A stretch of 64,000 bases of DNA from contig JBBAFH010000003.1 of NCBI GenBank assembly GCA_041655535.1, forward strand, positions 72,910 to 136,909. Direction: 5' to 3'. The notes under the pieces were generated by a model. The model saw nothing but the letters and a program-made list of their open reading frames with translations, did no database searches and was not told the origin of the DNA. This document shows, in pieces, positions 1 through 10,505 of this stretch (its first letter is position 1; each line of letters begins with the position of its first letter). The DNA is from Bacilli bacterium (lineage in GTDB: Bacteria > Bacillota_I > Bacilli_A > RF39 > UBA660). The position numbers and the translations under genes were made by a program.

Positions 1-1
1 A

Positions 2-460
2 CTACGTTATACTAATAGTCAAGTACCTTTTACAAGATTTACTGTTGCTGTTAATAGAAATTTTAGTAATAACCAAGGCCAAAGAGAGGCTGATTTTATT
101 GGTGTTATTGCTTGGAGAAAACAAGCTGAAATTATTTGTAATTATTTAGATAAAGGTAGTTTAATTTCGGTTGATGGAAGAATTCAAACAGGATCTTATG
201 ATGATAAAGATGGTAATAAGAGATATACTTTTGATGTTGTTTCGGATAATGTTCAATTTTTAGAATCAAAAGCTCAAGCGCAAGCAAGAAATACAAGTGG
301 AAACTATAACAACAACAATAATAATAATTTTGGAAATAGTCCATACGATTACCAAGATAACAATAGTTATCAAGGATTTGATTTAGGTAGCGGTGATGAT
401 GCTTATAGCAATATGGGAGATATCGTTACACTAGATGATACTGATGAAGATATAGATTAA
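2..460 (+). CDS. ssb: single-stranded DNA-binding protein, 5'-truncated by the window edge (C-terminal Gly/Asn/Gln-rich tail ending in an acidic DDTDEDID motif)
   Basis: Frame-2 translation LRYTNSQVPFTRFTVAVNRNF...GRIQTGSYDDKDGNKRYTFDVV, then a low-complexity tail and an acidic C-terminus. Stop TAA at 458-460. Lies just upstream of rpsR, as in rpsF-ssb-rpsR operons. Confidence 0.75.
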   Translation, partial: LRYTNSQVPFTRFTVAVNRNFSNNQGQREADFIGVIAWRKQAEIICNYLDKGSLISVDGRIQTGSYDDKDGNKRYTFDVVSDNVQFLESKAQAQARNTSGNYNNNNNNNFGNSPYDYQDNNSYQGFDLGSGDDAYSNMGDIVTLDDTDEDID

Positions 461-474
461 TAAGGAGGAATCAA

Positions 475-693
475 ATGGCAGAATTTTTTAGAAAAAAGAA
501 AAAAATATGTCAAATGTGTACAGGTAAAACTGTAGATTATAAAGACGTTGAAATTGTTAAAAAATATATAAGTGCTGATAAAGGTAAAATTTTACCAAGA
601 AGAATTACTGGCGCATGTGCAAAACATCAAAGACACATTGCTGGTGAAGTTAAAAAAGCTCGTTTAATGGCTTTAGTACCATTTGTTAAATAA
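475..693 (+). CDS. rpsR: 30S ribosomal protein S18
   Basis: 72 aa, MAEFFRKKKKICQMC...ITGACAKHQRHIAGEVKKARLMALVPF. RBS AAGGAGG 8 nt upstream. Confidence 0.9.
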   Translation: MAEFFRKKKKICQMCTGKTVDYKDVEIVKKYISADKGKILPRRITGACAKHQRHIAGEVKKARLMALVPFVK

Positions 694-705
694 TATATAT
701 TTATA

Positions 706-734
706 AGATCAAATTTTTATTTGATCTTTTTTTA
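706..734 (+). terminator. Rho-independent terminator after rpsR
   Basis: Hairpin AGATCAAAtttttaTTTGATCT followed by a T7 run. Confidence 0.6.
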
Positions 735-774
735 AAAAAATCTTTAGATATTATATAATTAGAATGGTGAAAAT

Positions 775-1437
775 ATGAATTTGAAAAAATTAAATAAAGA
801 GTATGATAAGTTACAATCAAAATATGGTTCTAAAGAACTTCGTTCTATATATAATGGTGGATGTTCAAAACAACCACTAATTCTTTTTGTGTTTATGAAT
901 CCAACTGCGAGAAACGTTGCTTCTTTTAAAGAATGGAAAGGAATAAGAGCTCCTTGGATTGGTTCTAAAAACATTTGGAAATTATTTTATGAACTAAAAT
1001 TATTAGATGTGAATGTTTATAACGAGATCATGTTAAGAAAAGGAAAAGAATGGGATGAGCAATTTGCAGATTTAGTTTATAATAATGTTGAAAAACATAA
1101 ATATTTTATTACCAATTTAGGTAAATGTACTCAAATAGATGCTAGACCATTACCTAACCAAGTTTTTAAAAAATATTTAGATTTGTTATATAAGGAAATA
1201 AATTTAGTAAAACCCAAAATAATTGTAACGTTTGGTAATCAAGTAAGTAGTATCGTTTTAAATGAAAATATTCAAGTTTCAAAATGTCGCCAAATCGCTT
1301 TTAAAAAGAAAATCAATGATGTTGAGTATAATATTTACCCAACATATTATCCAGTTGGTAATGGAATGAGAAATATTGATAAAACCATTATTGACTTATC
1401 TATAATTATCAAAAATATCAAGCGAGAAAAAAAATAA
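775..1437 (+). CDS. hypothetical protein, possibly uracil-DNA glycosylase superfamily (MUG/SMUG-like motif FMNPTA)
   Basis: 220 aa. An x-M-N-P motif (LILFVFMNPTARN) resembles the GxNPG motif-1 of MUG/SMUG-type UDGs, and a YPTYYPVGNG region lies near the C-terminus. Weak, motif-only evidence. Confidence 0.35.
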   Translation: MNLKKLNKEYDKLQSKYGSKELRSIYNGGCSKQPLILFVFMNPTARNVASFKEWKGIRAPWIGSKNIWKLFYELKLLDVNVYNEIMLRKGKEWDEQFADLVYNNVEKHKYFITNLGKCTQIDARPLPNQVFKKYLDLLYKEINLVKPKIIVTFGNQVSSIVLNENIQVSKCRQIAFKKKINDVEYNIYPTYYPVGNGMRNIDKTIIDLSIIIKNIKREKK

Positions 1438-1456
1438 AAAAAGTAATCAAAAACAC

Positions 1457-1485
1457 TTGCATTACATAAAATATGTGTGTATAAT
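1457..1485 (+). promoter_or_regulatory. sigma-A type promoter of the S10 operon
   Basis: TTGCAT (1457-1462), 17-bp spacer, TGTGTATAAT extended -10 (TATAAT at 1480-1485). Confidence 0.6.
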
Positions 1486-1617
1486 CTTTAGTGTGTGTGA
1501 AGCGTTGATGTGCGAGGTTGTCGACACACCAGGTTGAGTTGTTAAATATTCTATGGTGCATTGAGTTATTCGTACGGAGCTAGTCTACACTCGAGGTAGA
1601 CGAAGGGAGGAAGAAAG
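1486..1617 (+). promoter_or_regulatory. structured 5' leader of the S10 operon (candidate ribosomal-protein autoregulatory leader)
   Basis: About 130 nt and GC-richer than its surroundings. Contains GTGTGTG...CACACAC pairing and a perfect hairpin GTCTAC-actcgag-GTAGAC immediately 5' of the RBS GAAGGGAGG. Confidence 0.3.
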
Positions 1618-1926
1618 ATGTCGAAAACAAAAGTTCGTATCAAATTGAAGGCATTTGAACACAAAAGTTTAGATACTGCGTGTGCAAAAATCATTCAAAC
1701 AGTGAAGAGAACAGGCGGAGAAATAAGTGGCCCAGTTCCATTGCCAACGGAAATTGAAAAAATCACTATTTTAAGAGCTGTTCATAAATACAAGGATTCA
1801 CAAGAACAATTTGAAAAAAGAACACACAAAAGACTTATTGATATTAATAACCCAAGCAAGGAAACAATTGAGGCTTTAACTCATTTAGATATTCCAAGTG
1901 GCGTTGATATTAAAATCAAATTATAA
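1618..1926 (+). CDS. rpsJ: 30S ribosomal protein S10
   Basis: 102 aa, conserved S10 sequence, strong RBS. Confidence 0.95.
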   Translation: MSKTKVRIKLKAFEHKSLDTACAKIIQTVKRTGGEISGPVPLPTEIEKITILRAVHKYKDSQEQFEKRTHKRLIDINNPSKETIEALTHLDIPSGVDIKIKL

Positions 1927-1951
1927 AATACAAATGTAGGAGGAAGAAAAT

Positions 1952-2728
1952 ATGAAAGGAATCTTAGGTCGTAAAATTGGAATGACTCAAGTATTTACTA
2001 AGTCAGGTAAATTAATTCCAGTAACTGTTGTTGAAGTTGAACCAAATGTGGTAACACAAATCAAAACTACTGAAAACGATGGATACAGTGCAATTCAATT
2101 AGGATTTAGTACAAAAAGAGAAAAACTAGCGACAAAGGCTTCAATTGGGCATACCAATAAAGCAAACACAACACCTAAGCGCTTCTTTAGAGAAATTAGG
2201 GGTGTTGACACTAACGGTTATACATTAGGTCAAGAAATCAAAGCTGATATCTTTACTGAAGGTGAAGTTGTTGACGTAACCGGAACCTCAAAAGGAAAAG
2301 GGTTCCAAGGTGTTATTAAACGCCATAATCAAGCTCGTGGTCCTATGGGCCATGGTTCTCACTATCATAGAAGACCAGGATCAATGGGTTCTATGAGACC
2401 AATGCGTGTTTTTAAAGGTAAAAATTTACCAGGTCATATGGGAGTAGAAACTGTAACAATCCAAAATCTTGAAATTGTTATGGTTGATCTAGAAAATAAT
2501 GTATTATTAGTAAAAGGTAATATACCTGGACCTAAAAAATCATTAGTTATTATTAAATCTGCAATCAAAAATGTTGGAAAAATTAACGAAGTAGAAGAAT
2601 TAAATTTTTGTAACGTTGTTGATTCCGAAGTAATAAATGAAACTGTAACACAAGAAACACCAGTGATAGAAGAACCAACTCTTGAAGAAGCTTTAGCGGA
2701 AGAAACTGCTGAAGTGACAGAAAATTAA
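1952..2728 (+). CDS. rplC: 50S ribosomal protein L3 with an acidic C-terminal extension of about 50 aa
   Basis: 258 aa. Core [15 protein letters not shown]...[12 protein letters not shown]. The tail ...[44 protein letters not shown] runs beyond the usual ~210 aa. Confidence 0.9.
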   Translation: MKGILGRKIGMTQVFTKSGKLIPVTVVEVEPNVVTQIKTTENDGYSAIQLGFSTKREKLATKASIGHTNKANTTPKRFFREIRGVDTNGYTLGQEIKADIFTEGEVVDVTGTSKGKGFQGVIKRHNQARGPMGHGSHYHRRPGSMGSMRPMRVFKGKNLPGHMGVETVTIQNLEIVMVDLENNVLLVKGNIPGPKKSLVIIKSAIKNVGKINEVEELNFCNVVDSEVINETVTQETPVIEEPTLEEALAEETAEVTEN

Positions 2729-2743
2729 TAGGAGGTAATATAT

Positions 2744-3370
2744 ATGGGTAAAACATCTGTATTAAATATTAGTGGTGAAAAAGTAAAAGATATTACTTTA
2801 AATGAACAAATTTGGTCAATCGAACCAAATGATGCAGTTTTATATGATGCAATTACATTAACTAGAAACTCACAAAGACAAGGTACACATTCAACAAAAA
2901 CACGTGGAGAAGTACGTGGTGGAGGACGCAAACCATGGCGTCAAAAAGGTACTGGCCGTGCTCGTCAAGGTAGTACAAGATCGCCACAATGGGTTGGTGG
3001 AGGAGTAGTATTCGGACCATCGCCAAAAAACTATGGTAAAAAAATGAATCGTAAAGAAAGACGTTTAGCACTTAAATCAGCGCTTGCGTATAAAGCGATT
3101 AATAGTGAATTAATTATTGTTGAAAGTTTTAATGTTGAAAGTTTAAAAACAAAAGAAATGATTAAAACATTAGAAAAATTAGGAATAGCAAATTCAAAAA
3201 CATTAATTGTTGTTGAAGAATTAAGTGATAATTTAATTCTTGCTACAAGAAATTTAACAAATATTATGTTATTACAAGCTGATGAAATAAACACACTTGA
3301 TATCATCAGTGCTGATAAAATGGTGATTACTGTAGAAGCAGTAAAAGCTATAGAGGAGGTGCTTGTCTAA
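2744..3370 (+). CDS. rplD: 50S ribosomal protein L4
   Basis: 208 aa, L4 family. Confidence 0.9.
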   Translation: MGKTSVLNISGEKVKDITLNEQIWSIEPNDAVLYDAITLTRNSQRQGTHSTKTRGEVRGGGRKPWRQKGTGRARQGSTRSPQWVGGGVVFGPSPKNYGKKMNRKERRLALKSALAYKAINSELIIVESFNVESLKTKEMIKTLEKLGIANSKTLIVVEELSDNLILATRNLTNIMLLQADEINTLDIISADKMVITVEAVKAIEEVLV

Positions 3371-3654
3371 TGATGAGTAATTATAGAGATATTATTAAAG
3401 CACCGATTATTACTGAAAAAAGTAGTACTTTAGCTACAGACAATAACACTTACACATTTAGTGTTGATGTTAAAGCAAATAAAGTGCAAATAAAACAAGC
3501 TGTTGAAAAGATTTTTAATGTTAAAGTTGATAGTGTAAATATTATCAATGTAAAACCAAAGAAAAAAAGAGTTGGTCGTTACTACGGTAAGACTAATAAA
3601 GTCAAAAAAGCAATGGTTAAATTAAGTGAAGGAAGTTCAATTGAACTTCAATAA
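3370..3654 (+). CDS. rplW: 50S ribosomal protein L23
   Basis: 94 aa. TAATG overlap with the rplD stop. Confidence 0.9.
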   Translation: MMSNYRDIIKAPIITEKSSTLATDNNTYTFSVDVKANKVQIKQAVEKIFNVKVDSVNIINVKPKKKRVGRYYGKTNKVKKAMVKLSEGSSIELQ

Positions 3655-3671
3655 TTTGAAGGAGGATTAAT

Positions 3672-4502
3672 ATGGCGATTAAAACATATAAACCTATAAC
3701 TAATGGTACTCGTGGAATGACAGCTGTACAAAATACAAAAATTACAAAAACAACTCCTGAAAAATCATTGGTTGTAACATTAAAAAAATCAGGTGGTCGT
3801 AATAATCAAGGTAGAATCACAGTTAGACATCGCGGTGGCGGTGCCAAAAGGAAATATCGTATTATTGATTTTAGAAGAGATAAAGACGGTGTTGAAGGAA
3901 CTGTTGCTTCGATTGAGTATGATCCAAACAGAACAGCAAACATAGCTTTAATAAATTACAAAGATGGTGAAAAAAGATACATCATCGCTCCTAACAATTT
4001 AAATGTTGGAGATAAAATAGAAAGTGGAGTAAACGTTGATATTAAAATCGGAAATAGTTTACCACTTGAAAATATTCCAGAAGGAACAATGGTTCATAAT
4101 GTTGAATTAAAACCAGGAAAAGGAGCACAAATGGCTCGTTCAGCTGGTTCATCAGTTCAAATATTAGGACATGAAGGAAAATACACTTTACTTCGTTTAA
4201 GAAGCGGGGAAGTTCGTAAAGTATTAGGAACTTGTCGTGCAACAATAGGCGAAGTTGGAAACAAAGATCACGAATTAGTTAACCTAGGTAAGGCTGGTCG
4301 TAAAAGACATTTAGGTATTAGACCAACAGTTCGTGGTTCTGCAATGAACCCTAATGATCACCCTCACGGTGGTGGAGAAGGTAGAGCACCTATTGGTCGT
4401 AAAGGACCGGTTACTCCATGGGGTAAACCAGCTCTTGGTTTAAAAACTCGCGACACGAAAAAATCTTCAAACAAATTAATTGTTCGTCGTCGTAAAAAAT
4501 AA
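3672..4502 (+). CDS. rplB: 50S ribosomal protein L2
   Basis: 276 aa, ...[16 protein letters not shown]... Confidence 0.95.
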   Translation: MAIKTYKPITNGTRGMTAVQNTKITKTTPEKSLVVTLKKSGGRNNQGRITVRHRGGGAKRKYRIIDFRRDKDGVEGTVASIEYDPNRTANIALINYKDGEKRYIIAPNNLNVGDKIESGVNVDIKIGNSLPLENIPEGTMVHNVELKPGKGAQMARSAGSSVQILGHEGKYTLLRLRSGEVRKVLGTCRATIGEVGNKDHELVNLGKAGRKRHLGIRPTVRGSAMNPNDHPHGGGEGRAPIGRKGPVTPWGKPALGLKTRDTKKSSNKLIVRRRKK

Positions 4503-4519
4503 TTGAAAGGATGGTTTAA

Positions 4520-4792
4520 ATGGCAAGAAGTTTAAAAAAAGGACCTTTTATTGATAGTCATTTAATGGATAAAGTAAAAAGAATCAGTGGTTCTGGGAAA
4601 AAAGAAGTCATTAAAACATGGTCTCGCCGTTCAACGATTTATCCTGAATTTATCGGACACACATTTGCTGTTCATAATGGTAAAGAATTTATTCCTGTTT
4701 ATGTAACGGAAGATATGGTTGGACACAAATTAGGTGAATTCGCACCAACTCGTAAATTTGGTGGACATGGCGATGACAAAAAGAAAAAATAA
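4520..4792 (+). CDS. rpsS: 30S ribosomal protein S19
   Basis: 90 aa, [15 protein letters not shown]... Confidence 0.95.
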   Translation: MARSLKKGPFIDSHLMDKVKRISGSGKKEVIKTWSRRSTIYPEFIGHTFAVHNGKEFIPVYVTEDMVGHKLGEFAPTRKFGGHGDDKKKK

Positions 4793-4814
4793 TTAGCCAG
4801 GGAGGAGGACTAAA

Positions 4815-5150
4815 ATGGAAGCGAAAGCGATTGCAAAAAGTATTAGAATAGCACCTCGTAAAGCTCGTTTAGTTATAGATTTAGTACGTGGTAAGAGCGT
4901 ATCTGATGCAGATATTATTTTAAAAAATTTAAATAAAGAAGCTGCACGATTAATTCGTAAAGTATTAATTTCAGCTGTAGCAAATGCTGAAAACAATCTA
5001 GAATTAAAAAAAGAAAACTTATATGTGAAAACAGCATTAATTGATGAAGGTCAAACAATGAAAAGAATGAGATTTGGTTCTCGTGGACATGTGGATCCAA
5101 TTAAGAAAAGAACAAGTCATATTACAATAATCGTAAGTGATGAAAAATAG
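4815..5150 (+). CDS. rplV: 50S ribosomal protein L22
   Basis: 111 aa, MEAKAIAKSIRIAPRKARLV... Confidence 0.95.
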   Translation: MEAKAIAKSIRIAPRKARLVIDLVRGKSVSDADIILKNLNKEAARLIRKVLISAVANAENNLELKKENLYVKTALIDEGQTMKRMRFGSRGHVDPIKKRTSHITIIVSDEK

Positions 5151-5166
5151 GCAAAGGAGGTAACTG

Positions 5167-5856
5167 ATGGGTCAGAAAGTTAGTCCAATTGGACTTAGAA
5201 TAGGTATTAATAAAACATGGCAATCTAAATGGTATGCTGGAAATAAAGATTTTTCTAAATTTCTAGTTAACGACATTAAAATCCGTGAATTTTTAGAAAA
5301 GAAGTTCAAAGACGCAGCAGTTTCAAGTGTTCTGATTGAAAGAACACCTAACAAAACCGAAGTAATTATTAACACTGCTAAACCTGGTGTTGTAATTGGT
5401 CACGGTGGAGAAGAAATTGAAAAAACAAGAAATAAATTAGCAAAATTAGTAGATGAAAATGTTCAAATTTCAATTATGGAAATTAAAAATCCAAATATTG
5501 ATGCTGCTTTAGTAGCAGAGGACATTGCAAAACAAATTGAAAATCGTGTTTCATTTAGAGTTGCCCAAAAAAGAGCAATCAGAAACACAATGAAAGCAGG
5601 AGCAAAAGGAATTAAAACTTCAGTAGCGGGCCGTTTAGGTGGTGCTGATATGGCAAGAACGGAAGGCTATACAGAAGGAATGATTCCACTTCATACTTTA
5701 AGAGCAGATGTAGATTATGCTCACAAAGAAGCTGATACAACTTTTGGTAAAATCGGTGTAAAAGTATGGATATATAAAGGAGAAATCCTTCCTGAAAAGA
5801 AAAATAAGGGAGGTAATACAGATGGCAGTAATACCAAAAAAGACAAAGTATCGTAA
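5167..5856 (+). CDS. rpsC: 30S ribosomal protein S3
   Basis: 229 aa, KH domain plus a Lys-rich C-terminal tail. The 3' end overlaps rplP by 35 nt. Confidence 0.9.
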   Translation: MGQKVSPIGLRIGINKTWQSKWYAGNKDFSKFLVNDIKIREFLEKKFKDAAVSSVLIERTPNKTEVIINTAKPGVVIGHGGEEIEKTRNKLAKLVDENVQISIMEIKNPNIDAALVAEDIAKQIENRVSFRVAQKRAIRNTMKAGAKGIKTSVAGRLGGADMARTEGYTEGMIPLHTLRADVDYAHKEADTTFGKIGVKVWIYKGEILPEKKNKGGNTDGSNTKKDKVS

Positions 5857-6253
5857 GCCACACCGTATTAGTTATGAAGGCGAATCAAAAGGTAATACAG
5901 AATTGCATTTTGGTTCATACGGATTAAAAGCAATGGAAGGTGCTTGGATTACTCAACAACAAATCGAAGCTGCTCGTGTTGCGATGACTCGTTATATGAA
6001 AAGAGGAGGAAAAGTATGGATTAATATTTTCCCACACTTATCATTAACTAGTATTCCTTTAGAAACTCGTATGGGTAAAGGAAAGGGTCAACCTGATAAA
6101 TGGGTAGCAGTTGTTAAAAGAGGAAAAATTATGTTTGAAATTGACGGAGTAAGTGAAGAAGTTGCACGTGAAGCATTACGTTTAGCAATGCACAAGCTAC
6201 CAATCAAATGTAAATTTGTAAAAAAAGAAAGTGGTGAAGCTAATGAAAATTGA
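5822..6253 (+). CDS. rplP: 50S ribosomal protein L16
   Basis: 143 aa, ...[11 protein letters not shown]... RBS GGGAGG 9 nt upstream of ATG 5822. Confidence 0.9.
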   Translation: MAVIPKKTKYRKPHRISYEGESKGNTELHFGSYGLKAMEGAWITQQQIEAARVAMTRYMKRGGKVWINIFPHLSLTSIPLETRMGKGKGQPDKWVAVVKRGKIMFEIDGVSEEVAREALRLAMHKLPIKCKFVKKESGEANEN

Positions 6254-6437
6254 TGAAATAAGAAATCTTTCAAGCGAAGAAATCACAAAAAAAATAGAAG
6301 AATACAAAGAAGAATTATTTAATTTACGTTTCAGCCAAGCTACTGGAAATCTTGAAAAGCCTTCTAGAATAAGAGAATTAAGAAAATTAGTAGCACGTAT
6401 GAAAACCATACTACGCGAACGTGAACTAGGAAATTAA
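6243..6437 (+). CDS. rpmC: 50S ribosomal protein L29
   Basis: [30 protein letters not shown]... The ATG at 6243 matches L29 N-termini. The ORF track's GTG start at 6231 is less likely. Confidence 0.85.
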   Translation: MKIDEIRNLSSEEITKKIEEYKEELFNLRFSQATGNLEKPSRIRELRKLVARMKTILRERELGN

Positions 6438-6447
6438 GGAGGGCATT

Positions 6448-6708
6448 ATGAAAGATAAAAGAACTCATGAATTAATAGGAAAAGTTGTAAGCGATAAAAG
6501 TGATAAATCGATAACAGTGTTGGTAGAAACTTACAAAAATGCTAAAATATACGGTAAACGTGTTAAAAACTCTAAAAAATATGCTGTACATGATGAAAAG
6601 AATGAAGCAAAAATAGGAGATAAAGTTCGTATAGTTGAAACAAGACCAATATCAAAATCAAAACATTATCGTTTAGCAGAAATTTTAGAAAAAGCAATTA
6701 TTATATAA
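6448..6708 (+). CDS. rpsQ: 30S ribosomal protein S17
   Basis: 86 aa. Confidence 0.9.
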   Translation: MKDKRTHELIGKVVSDKSDKSITVLVETYKNAKIYGKRVKNSKKYAVHDEKNEAKIGDKVRIVETRPISKSKHYRLAEILEKAIII

Positions 6709-6736
6709 TTGGAAACTGATAAAGGAGGATTAATAT

Positions 6737-7105
6737 ATGATTCAACAAGAAAGTCGTTTAAAAGTAGCTGACAATTCTGGTGCACGTGAACTTGGAGTTA
6801 TTCGTGTATTAGGTGGAAGTCACGTTAGAACGGGAAATATTGGTGATATAGTTGTTGGAACTGTAAAAAAAGCAACTCCTAATGGTACAGTAAAAAAAGG
6901 AAAAGTTGTAAAGGCTGTAATTGTTAGAAGCAAATTTGGTCTAAGGAGAGAAGATGGATCTTATATTAAGTTTGATGATAATGCTTGCGTTATTATTAAA
7001 GATGATAAAAGCCCTGTTGGAACTCGTATTTTCGGACCAGTTGCACGTGAACTGCGTGAAAAAAATTATATGAAAATTATATCACTTGCTAAAGAAGTGT
7101 TATAG
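6737..7105 (+). CDS. rplN: 50S ribosomal protein L14
   Basis: 122 aa, [18 protein letters not shown]... Confidence 0.95.
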   Translation: MIQQESRLKVADNSGARELGVIRVLGGSHVRTGNIGDIVVGTVKKATPNGTVKKGKVVKAVIVRSKFGLRREDGSYIKFDDNACVIIKDDKSPVGTRIFGPVARELREKNYMKIISLAKEVL

Positions 7106-7115
7106 GAGGTAGAAC

Positions 7116-7424
7116 ATGAACTTTAAAACAGGAGATAAAGTTGTTGTTATTGCTGGTAAAGATAGAGGAAAAGAAGGAAAAATAACTAAAATATTACGTG
7201 ATGAGAATAAAGTAGTGGTTGAAAATGTTAATATAATTAAAAAACATAAAAAATCAGACGGACAAACACCAGGTAGTATTATTGAAATGGAAGCTCCAAT
7301 TCATGCTTCTAATGTTATGATTTTGGATCCTAAAACTAAAAAAAGAACCAGAATAGGACACACAATCGATAAAAACAATAAAAAAACAAGAATAAGTAAA
7401 AAATCAAACGAGAGTATTGATTAA
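7116..7424 (+). CDS. rplX: 50S ribosomal protein L24
   Basis: 102 aa, KOW motif GDKVVVIAGKDRGKEG. Confidence 0.9.
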   Translation: MNFKTGDKVVVIAGKDRGKEGKITKILRDENKVVVENVNIIKKHKKSDGQTPGSIIEMEAPIHASNVMILDPKTKKRTRIGHTIDKNNKKTRISKKSNESID

Positions 7425-7442
7425 TTGGAAGGAGGGTATATA

Positions 7443-7982
7443 GTGAACCGCCTAAAAGAAAAATATAATAAAGAAATCATACCTAGTTTAATGGAAAAAT
7501 ATAATTATAAATCTGTTATGGAAGTACCAAAAATAGACAAAATAGTTGTTAATATTGGTGTTGGTGATGCATCTCATAACTCAAAAATGCTTGAAGGAGC
7601 ATTAAGGGATCTTGAAGCAATCACAGGACAAAAACCAGTTTCAACTAAAGCAAAAAAAGCGATAGCTGGATTTAAATTAAGAGAAGGTCAAGCAATTGGT
7701 TGCAAAGTAACTTTGAGAGGAAAAAATATGTATAACTTTTTAGATAAATTAATTAGCATTACATTACCTCGTGTTAGGGACTTTCGAGGAATTTCATCAA
7801 AAGCTTTTGATGGACGTGGAAACTATACATTAGGACTAACAGAACAATTAATTTTTTCGGAAATAGAATATGATAATGTTGTTAAAGTACGTGGTATGGA
7901 TATTGTTTTTGTAACAACTGCAAAAACAAATGAAGAATCGTACGATCTCTTAAAAGGCTTTGGTATGCCGTTTAAGAAGTAA
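7443..7982 (+). CDS. rplE: 50S ribosomal protein L5
   Basis: GTG start at 7443 gives (M)[23 protein letters not shown]..., matching L5 N-termini. GGAGG lies upstream. Confidence 0.85.
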   Translation: MNRLKEKYNKEIIPSLMEKYNYKSVMEVPKIDKIVVNIGVGDASHNSKMLEGALRDLEAITGQKPVSTKAKKAIAGFKLREGQAIGCKVTLRGKNMYNFLDKLISITLPRVRDFRGISSKAFDGRGNYTLGLTEQLIFSEIEYDNVVKVRGMDIVFVTTAKTNEESYDLLKGFGMPFKK

Positions 7983-8001
7983 CTCTAAAAAGGAGGATAT
8001 T

Positions 8002-8187
8002 ATGGCTAAAAAAAGCAAAGTTATACAAGCTAGTAGAAAACCAAAATTTAAAGTACGCGAATATACACGTTGTAAAAAATGTGGAAGACCACATGCTGTT
8101 TTACAAAAATATGGAATTTGCCGTATTTGTTTTAGAGAACTAGCATATAAAGGACAAATACCAGGCGTTAAAAAATCAAGCTGGTAA
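8002..8187 (+). CDS. rpsZ: 30S ribosomal protein S14 type Z (zinc-binding)
   Basis: 61 aa, MAKKSKV...[36 protein letters not shown]. Confidence 0.9.
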   Translation: MAKKSKVIQASRKPKFKVREYTRCKKCGRPHAVLQKYGICRICFRELAYKGQIPGVKKSSW

Positions 8188-8205
8188 ATTGAAGGGAGGA
8201 TATTT

Positions 8206-8604
8206 ATGGTAGTTAATGATCCAATTGCAGATATGCTTACAAGAATTCGTAATGCAAATCAAATGCGATATAAAGAAGTTGAAGTACCCGCTTCAAAAAT
8301 AAAGTTAGAAATAGCAAGAATATTAAAAGACGAAGGATTTATAAGTGATTATCAAATCAAAGAAAATAGTATTCAAAATATAATTGTCCTAAATTTAAAA
8401 TATGGACAAAACAAAGAACGTGTAATTACTGGTTTAAAGAGAATATCAAAACCAGGATTAAGAGTTTATGCTAAATCAACAGACTTGCCAAAAGTTTTAA
8501 GTGGTCTAGGAATTGCAATCATCTCAACATCAAGTGGTGTTGTTACTGATAAACAAGCTAGAGAAAAATCTCTTGGTGGCGAAGTATTAGCATATATTTG
8601 GTAG
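8206..8604 (+). CDS. rpsH: 30S ribosomal protein S8
   Basis: 132 aa. Confidence 0.9.
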   Translation: MVVNDPIADMLTRIRNANQMRYKEVEVPASKIKLEIARILKDEGFISDYQIKENSIQNIIVLNLKYGQNKERVITGLKRISKPGLRVYAKSTDLPKVLSGLGIAIISTSSGVVTDKQAREKSLGGEVLAYIW

Positions 8605-8619
8605 AAAGTAGGAGATTAT

Positions 8620-9153
8620 ATGAGTCGTATTGGAAATAGAATAATAACAATACCAGAAAATGTTACAGTATCAGTTAACGGTAATATTGTAAGTGTTAAA
8701 GGTCCCAAAGGTGAACTTTCTACCGAGATTAATCGCAATATTACAGTTGAAATAAACGGAACTGAGTTAAAGGTTGTTGCTCGTAATGAAAACTTTAAAA
8801 ACTTTCACGGAACAGCAAACGCTAACATTAGTAATATGATTGAAGGAGTAACTACAGGTTTTGAAAAGAAATTAGAAGCAATTGGTGTTGGATATCGTTT
8901 TACAATAAAAGGTAATACACTAGTAGTTGCTGCTGGTTTTTCACACCCAGTAGAGGTGAAAATCACTGAAGGAATTTCGGTTGAAGCACCAAGTAATACT
9001 CAATTAATTATCAAAGGTATTGATAAATGTCTTGTTGGAGAATTTGCAGCAAATATCCGCAAGATTAGAAAACCAGAACCTTACAAAGGAAAAGGAATTC
9101 GTTATAAAGACGAAGTTGTTATCCGTAAAGCTGGTAAAAAAGCTGCTAAGTAA
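8620..9153 (+). CDS. rplF: 50S ribosomal protein L6
   Basis: 177 aa. Confidence 0.9.
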   Translation: MSRIGNRIITIPENVTVSVNGNIVSVKGPKGELSTEINRNITVEINGTELKVVARNENFKNFHGTANANISNMIEGVTTGFEKKLEAIGVGYRFTIKGNTLVVAAGFSHPVEVKITEGISVEAPSNTQLIIKGIDKCLVGEFAANIRKIRKPEPYKGKGIRYKDEVVIRKAGKKAAK

Positions 9154-9177
9154 TCGAAAGTAAAGGAGAGATTTACT

Positions 9178-9540
9178 ATGATAAAAAAAGTATCTCGTAA
9201 TGAAGTACGAAAAGCTAGACATGAGAGAGTTAGAAGTAAAGTAAGTGGAACACATAGTGTGCCAAGACTTAATGTGTTTAGATCGAACAACAATATTTTT
9301 GCACAAATCATTGATGATGAAAATGCTGTAACATTAGTAAGTGCTTCTTCTATTGATAAGGAATTAAAAATTGAAAATGGTGGCAATACAGAAGCTGCTA
9401 TTAAAGTAGGAGAATTACTTGCTAAAAGAGCAAAAGAAGCAAAAATCGTTGAAGTAAAATTTGATAGAGGTGGATACCTATATCATGGACGTGTAAAAGA
9501 ATTAGCTGAAGCAGCACGTCAAAATGGATTAAAATTCTAA
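9178..9540 (+). CDS. rplR: 50S ribosomal protein L18
   Basis: 120 aa. Confidence 0.9.
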   Translation: MIKKVSRNEVRKARHERVRSKVSGTHSVPRLNVFRSNNNIFAQIIDDENAVTLVSASSIDKELKIENGGNTEAAIKVGELLAKRAKEAKIVEVKFDRGGYLYHGRVKELAEAARQNGLKF

Positions 9541-9552
9541 GGAGGTTAATGA

Positions 9553-10059
9553 ATGGAATACAAAAGAAGAGAACCACGCCCTAAGCAATACGATGAAGAA
9601 GTAATCAACATAAGTCGTGTTACTAAAGTAACAAAAGGTGGTCGTAATTTCCGTTTCTCAGCACTAGTAGTAGTTGGTGATCACAAAGGTCTAGTTGGAC
9701 TAGGCGTTGGTAAAGCTAATGAAGTACCAGATGCTATTAAGAAAGCTGTTCAAGCAGCAACTAAAAACATTATTAAAGTAGCTATTGTTGATGAAAGAAC
9801 AATCCCTCATGAAGCACTTGGAGTTCAAGGAGCTAGTAAAGTATTATTAAAGCCAGCATTAAAAGGTACTGGAGTTAAAGCAGGCGGACCTGTTCGCTCA
9901 GTATTAGAAATGGCTGGAATTAAAGATATTTTGTCTAAATCACTTGGTTCAAGCACTAAAATTAATATGGCACATGCAACCCTTAATGCCTTAAAATCAC
10001 AAAAAACTGTTGAACAAATTGCTGCCCTTCGTGGTAAGAAAGTGGAGGAGATTATATAA
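9553..10059 (+). CDS. rpsE: 30S ribosomal protein S5
   Basis: 168 aa, ...[21 protein letters not shown]... Confidence 0.9.
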   Translation: MEYKRREPRPKQYDEEVINISRVTKVTKGGRNFRFSALVVVGDHKGLVGLGVGKANEVPDAIKKAVQAATKNIIKVAIVDERTIPHEALGVQGASKVLLKPALKGTGVKAGGPVRSVLEMAGIKDILSKSLGSSTKINMAHATLNALKSQKTVEQIAALRGKKVEEII

Positions 10060-10060
10060 T

Positions 10061-10504
10061 ATGAAATTACATAATTTATATCCAAATCCAGGTTCTACAA
10101 AAACTCGTAAGAGAGTTGGACGAGGACCAGGAAGCGGTTTAGGAAAAACAAGTGGAAAAGGTGAAAAGGGACAAAACGCTAGAAGTGGTGGAGGAGTTAG
10201 ACCAGGATTTGAGGGTGGTCAAACACCATTATTTAGAAGACTTCCTAAAAGAGGATTTTCTAATGCACCATTTAAAACAGTTTATGCTGTTATTAATTTA
10301 AGTGATTTAAATAATTTTGAAGATGGAGCAGTTGTAACACCAGAATTATTAAAAGAAATGGGTTTAGTTAAAAAACAATTAAATGGAATAAAAGTATTGG
10401 GAAATGGTACTTTAGAAAAAAAATTACATGTTAAAGCACATAAATTTTCTGATACAGCACTATCAAAAATAGAAAAATTAGGTGGAAAAGCAGAGGTGAT
10501 CTAA
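10061..10504 (+). CDS. rplO: 50S ribosomal protein L15
   Basis: ATG at 10061 gives [34 protein letters not shown]... It starts 1 nt after the rpsE stop, so there is no room for rpmD (L30). Confidence 0.85.
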   Translation: MKLHNLYPNPGSTKTRKRVGRGPGSGLGKTSGKGEKGQNARSGGGVRPGFEGGQTPLFRRLPKRGFSNAPFKTVYAVINLSDLNNFEDGAVVTPELLKEMGLVKKQLNGIKVLGNGTLEKKLHVKAHKFSDTALSKIEKLGGKAEVI

Positions 10505-10505
10505 A

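Noticed and set aside
132-344. 70-aa minus-strand ORF antisense to ssb
   Set aside because: Lies entirely inside the conserved ssb reading frame on the opposite strand. Low-complexity Tyr/Cys/Leu composition typical of antisense AT-rich noise. No RBS.
2725-3306. Minus-strand ORFs (2725-2931, 2862-3071, 3031-3306) antisense to rplD
   Set aside because: They overlap a universally conserved ribosomal protein gene on the other strand, with no RBS and no sensible composition. The many other minus-strand ORFs inside the S10/spc/alpha operon (for example 13425-13766, 14393-14704, 15228-15575) are rejected likewise.
9553-10504. Search for a hidden rpmD (L30) between rpsE and rplO
   Set aside because: Only 1 nt separates the rpsE stop and the rplO ATG. 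No 60-aa L30-like frame exists in any frame there.
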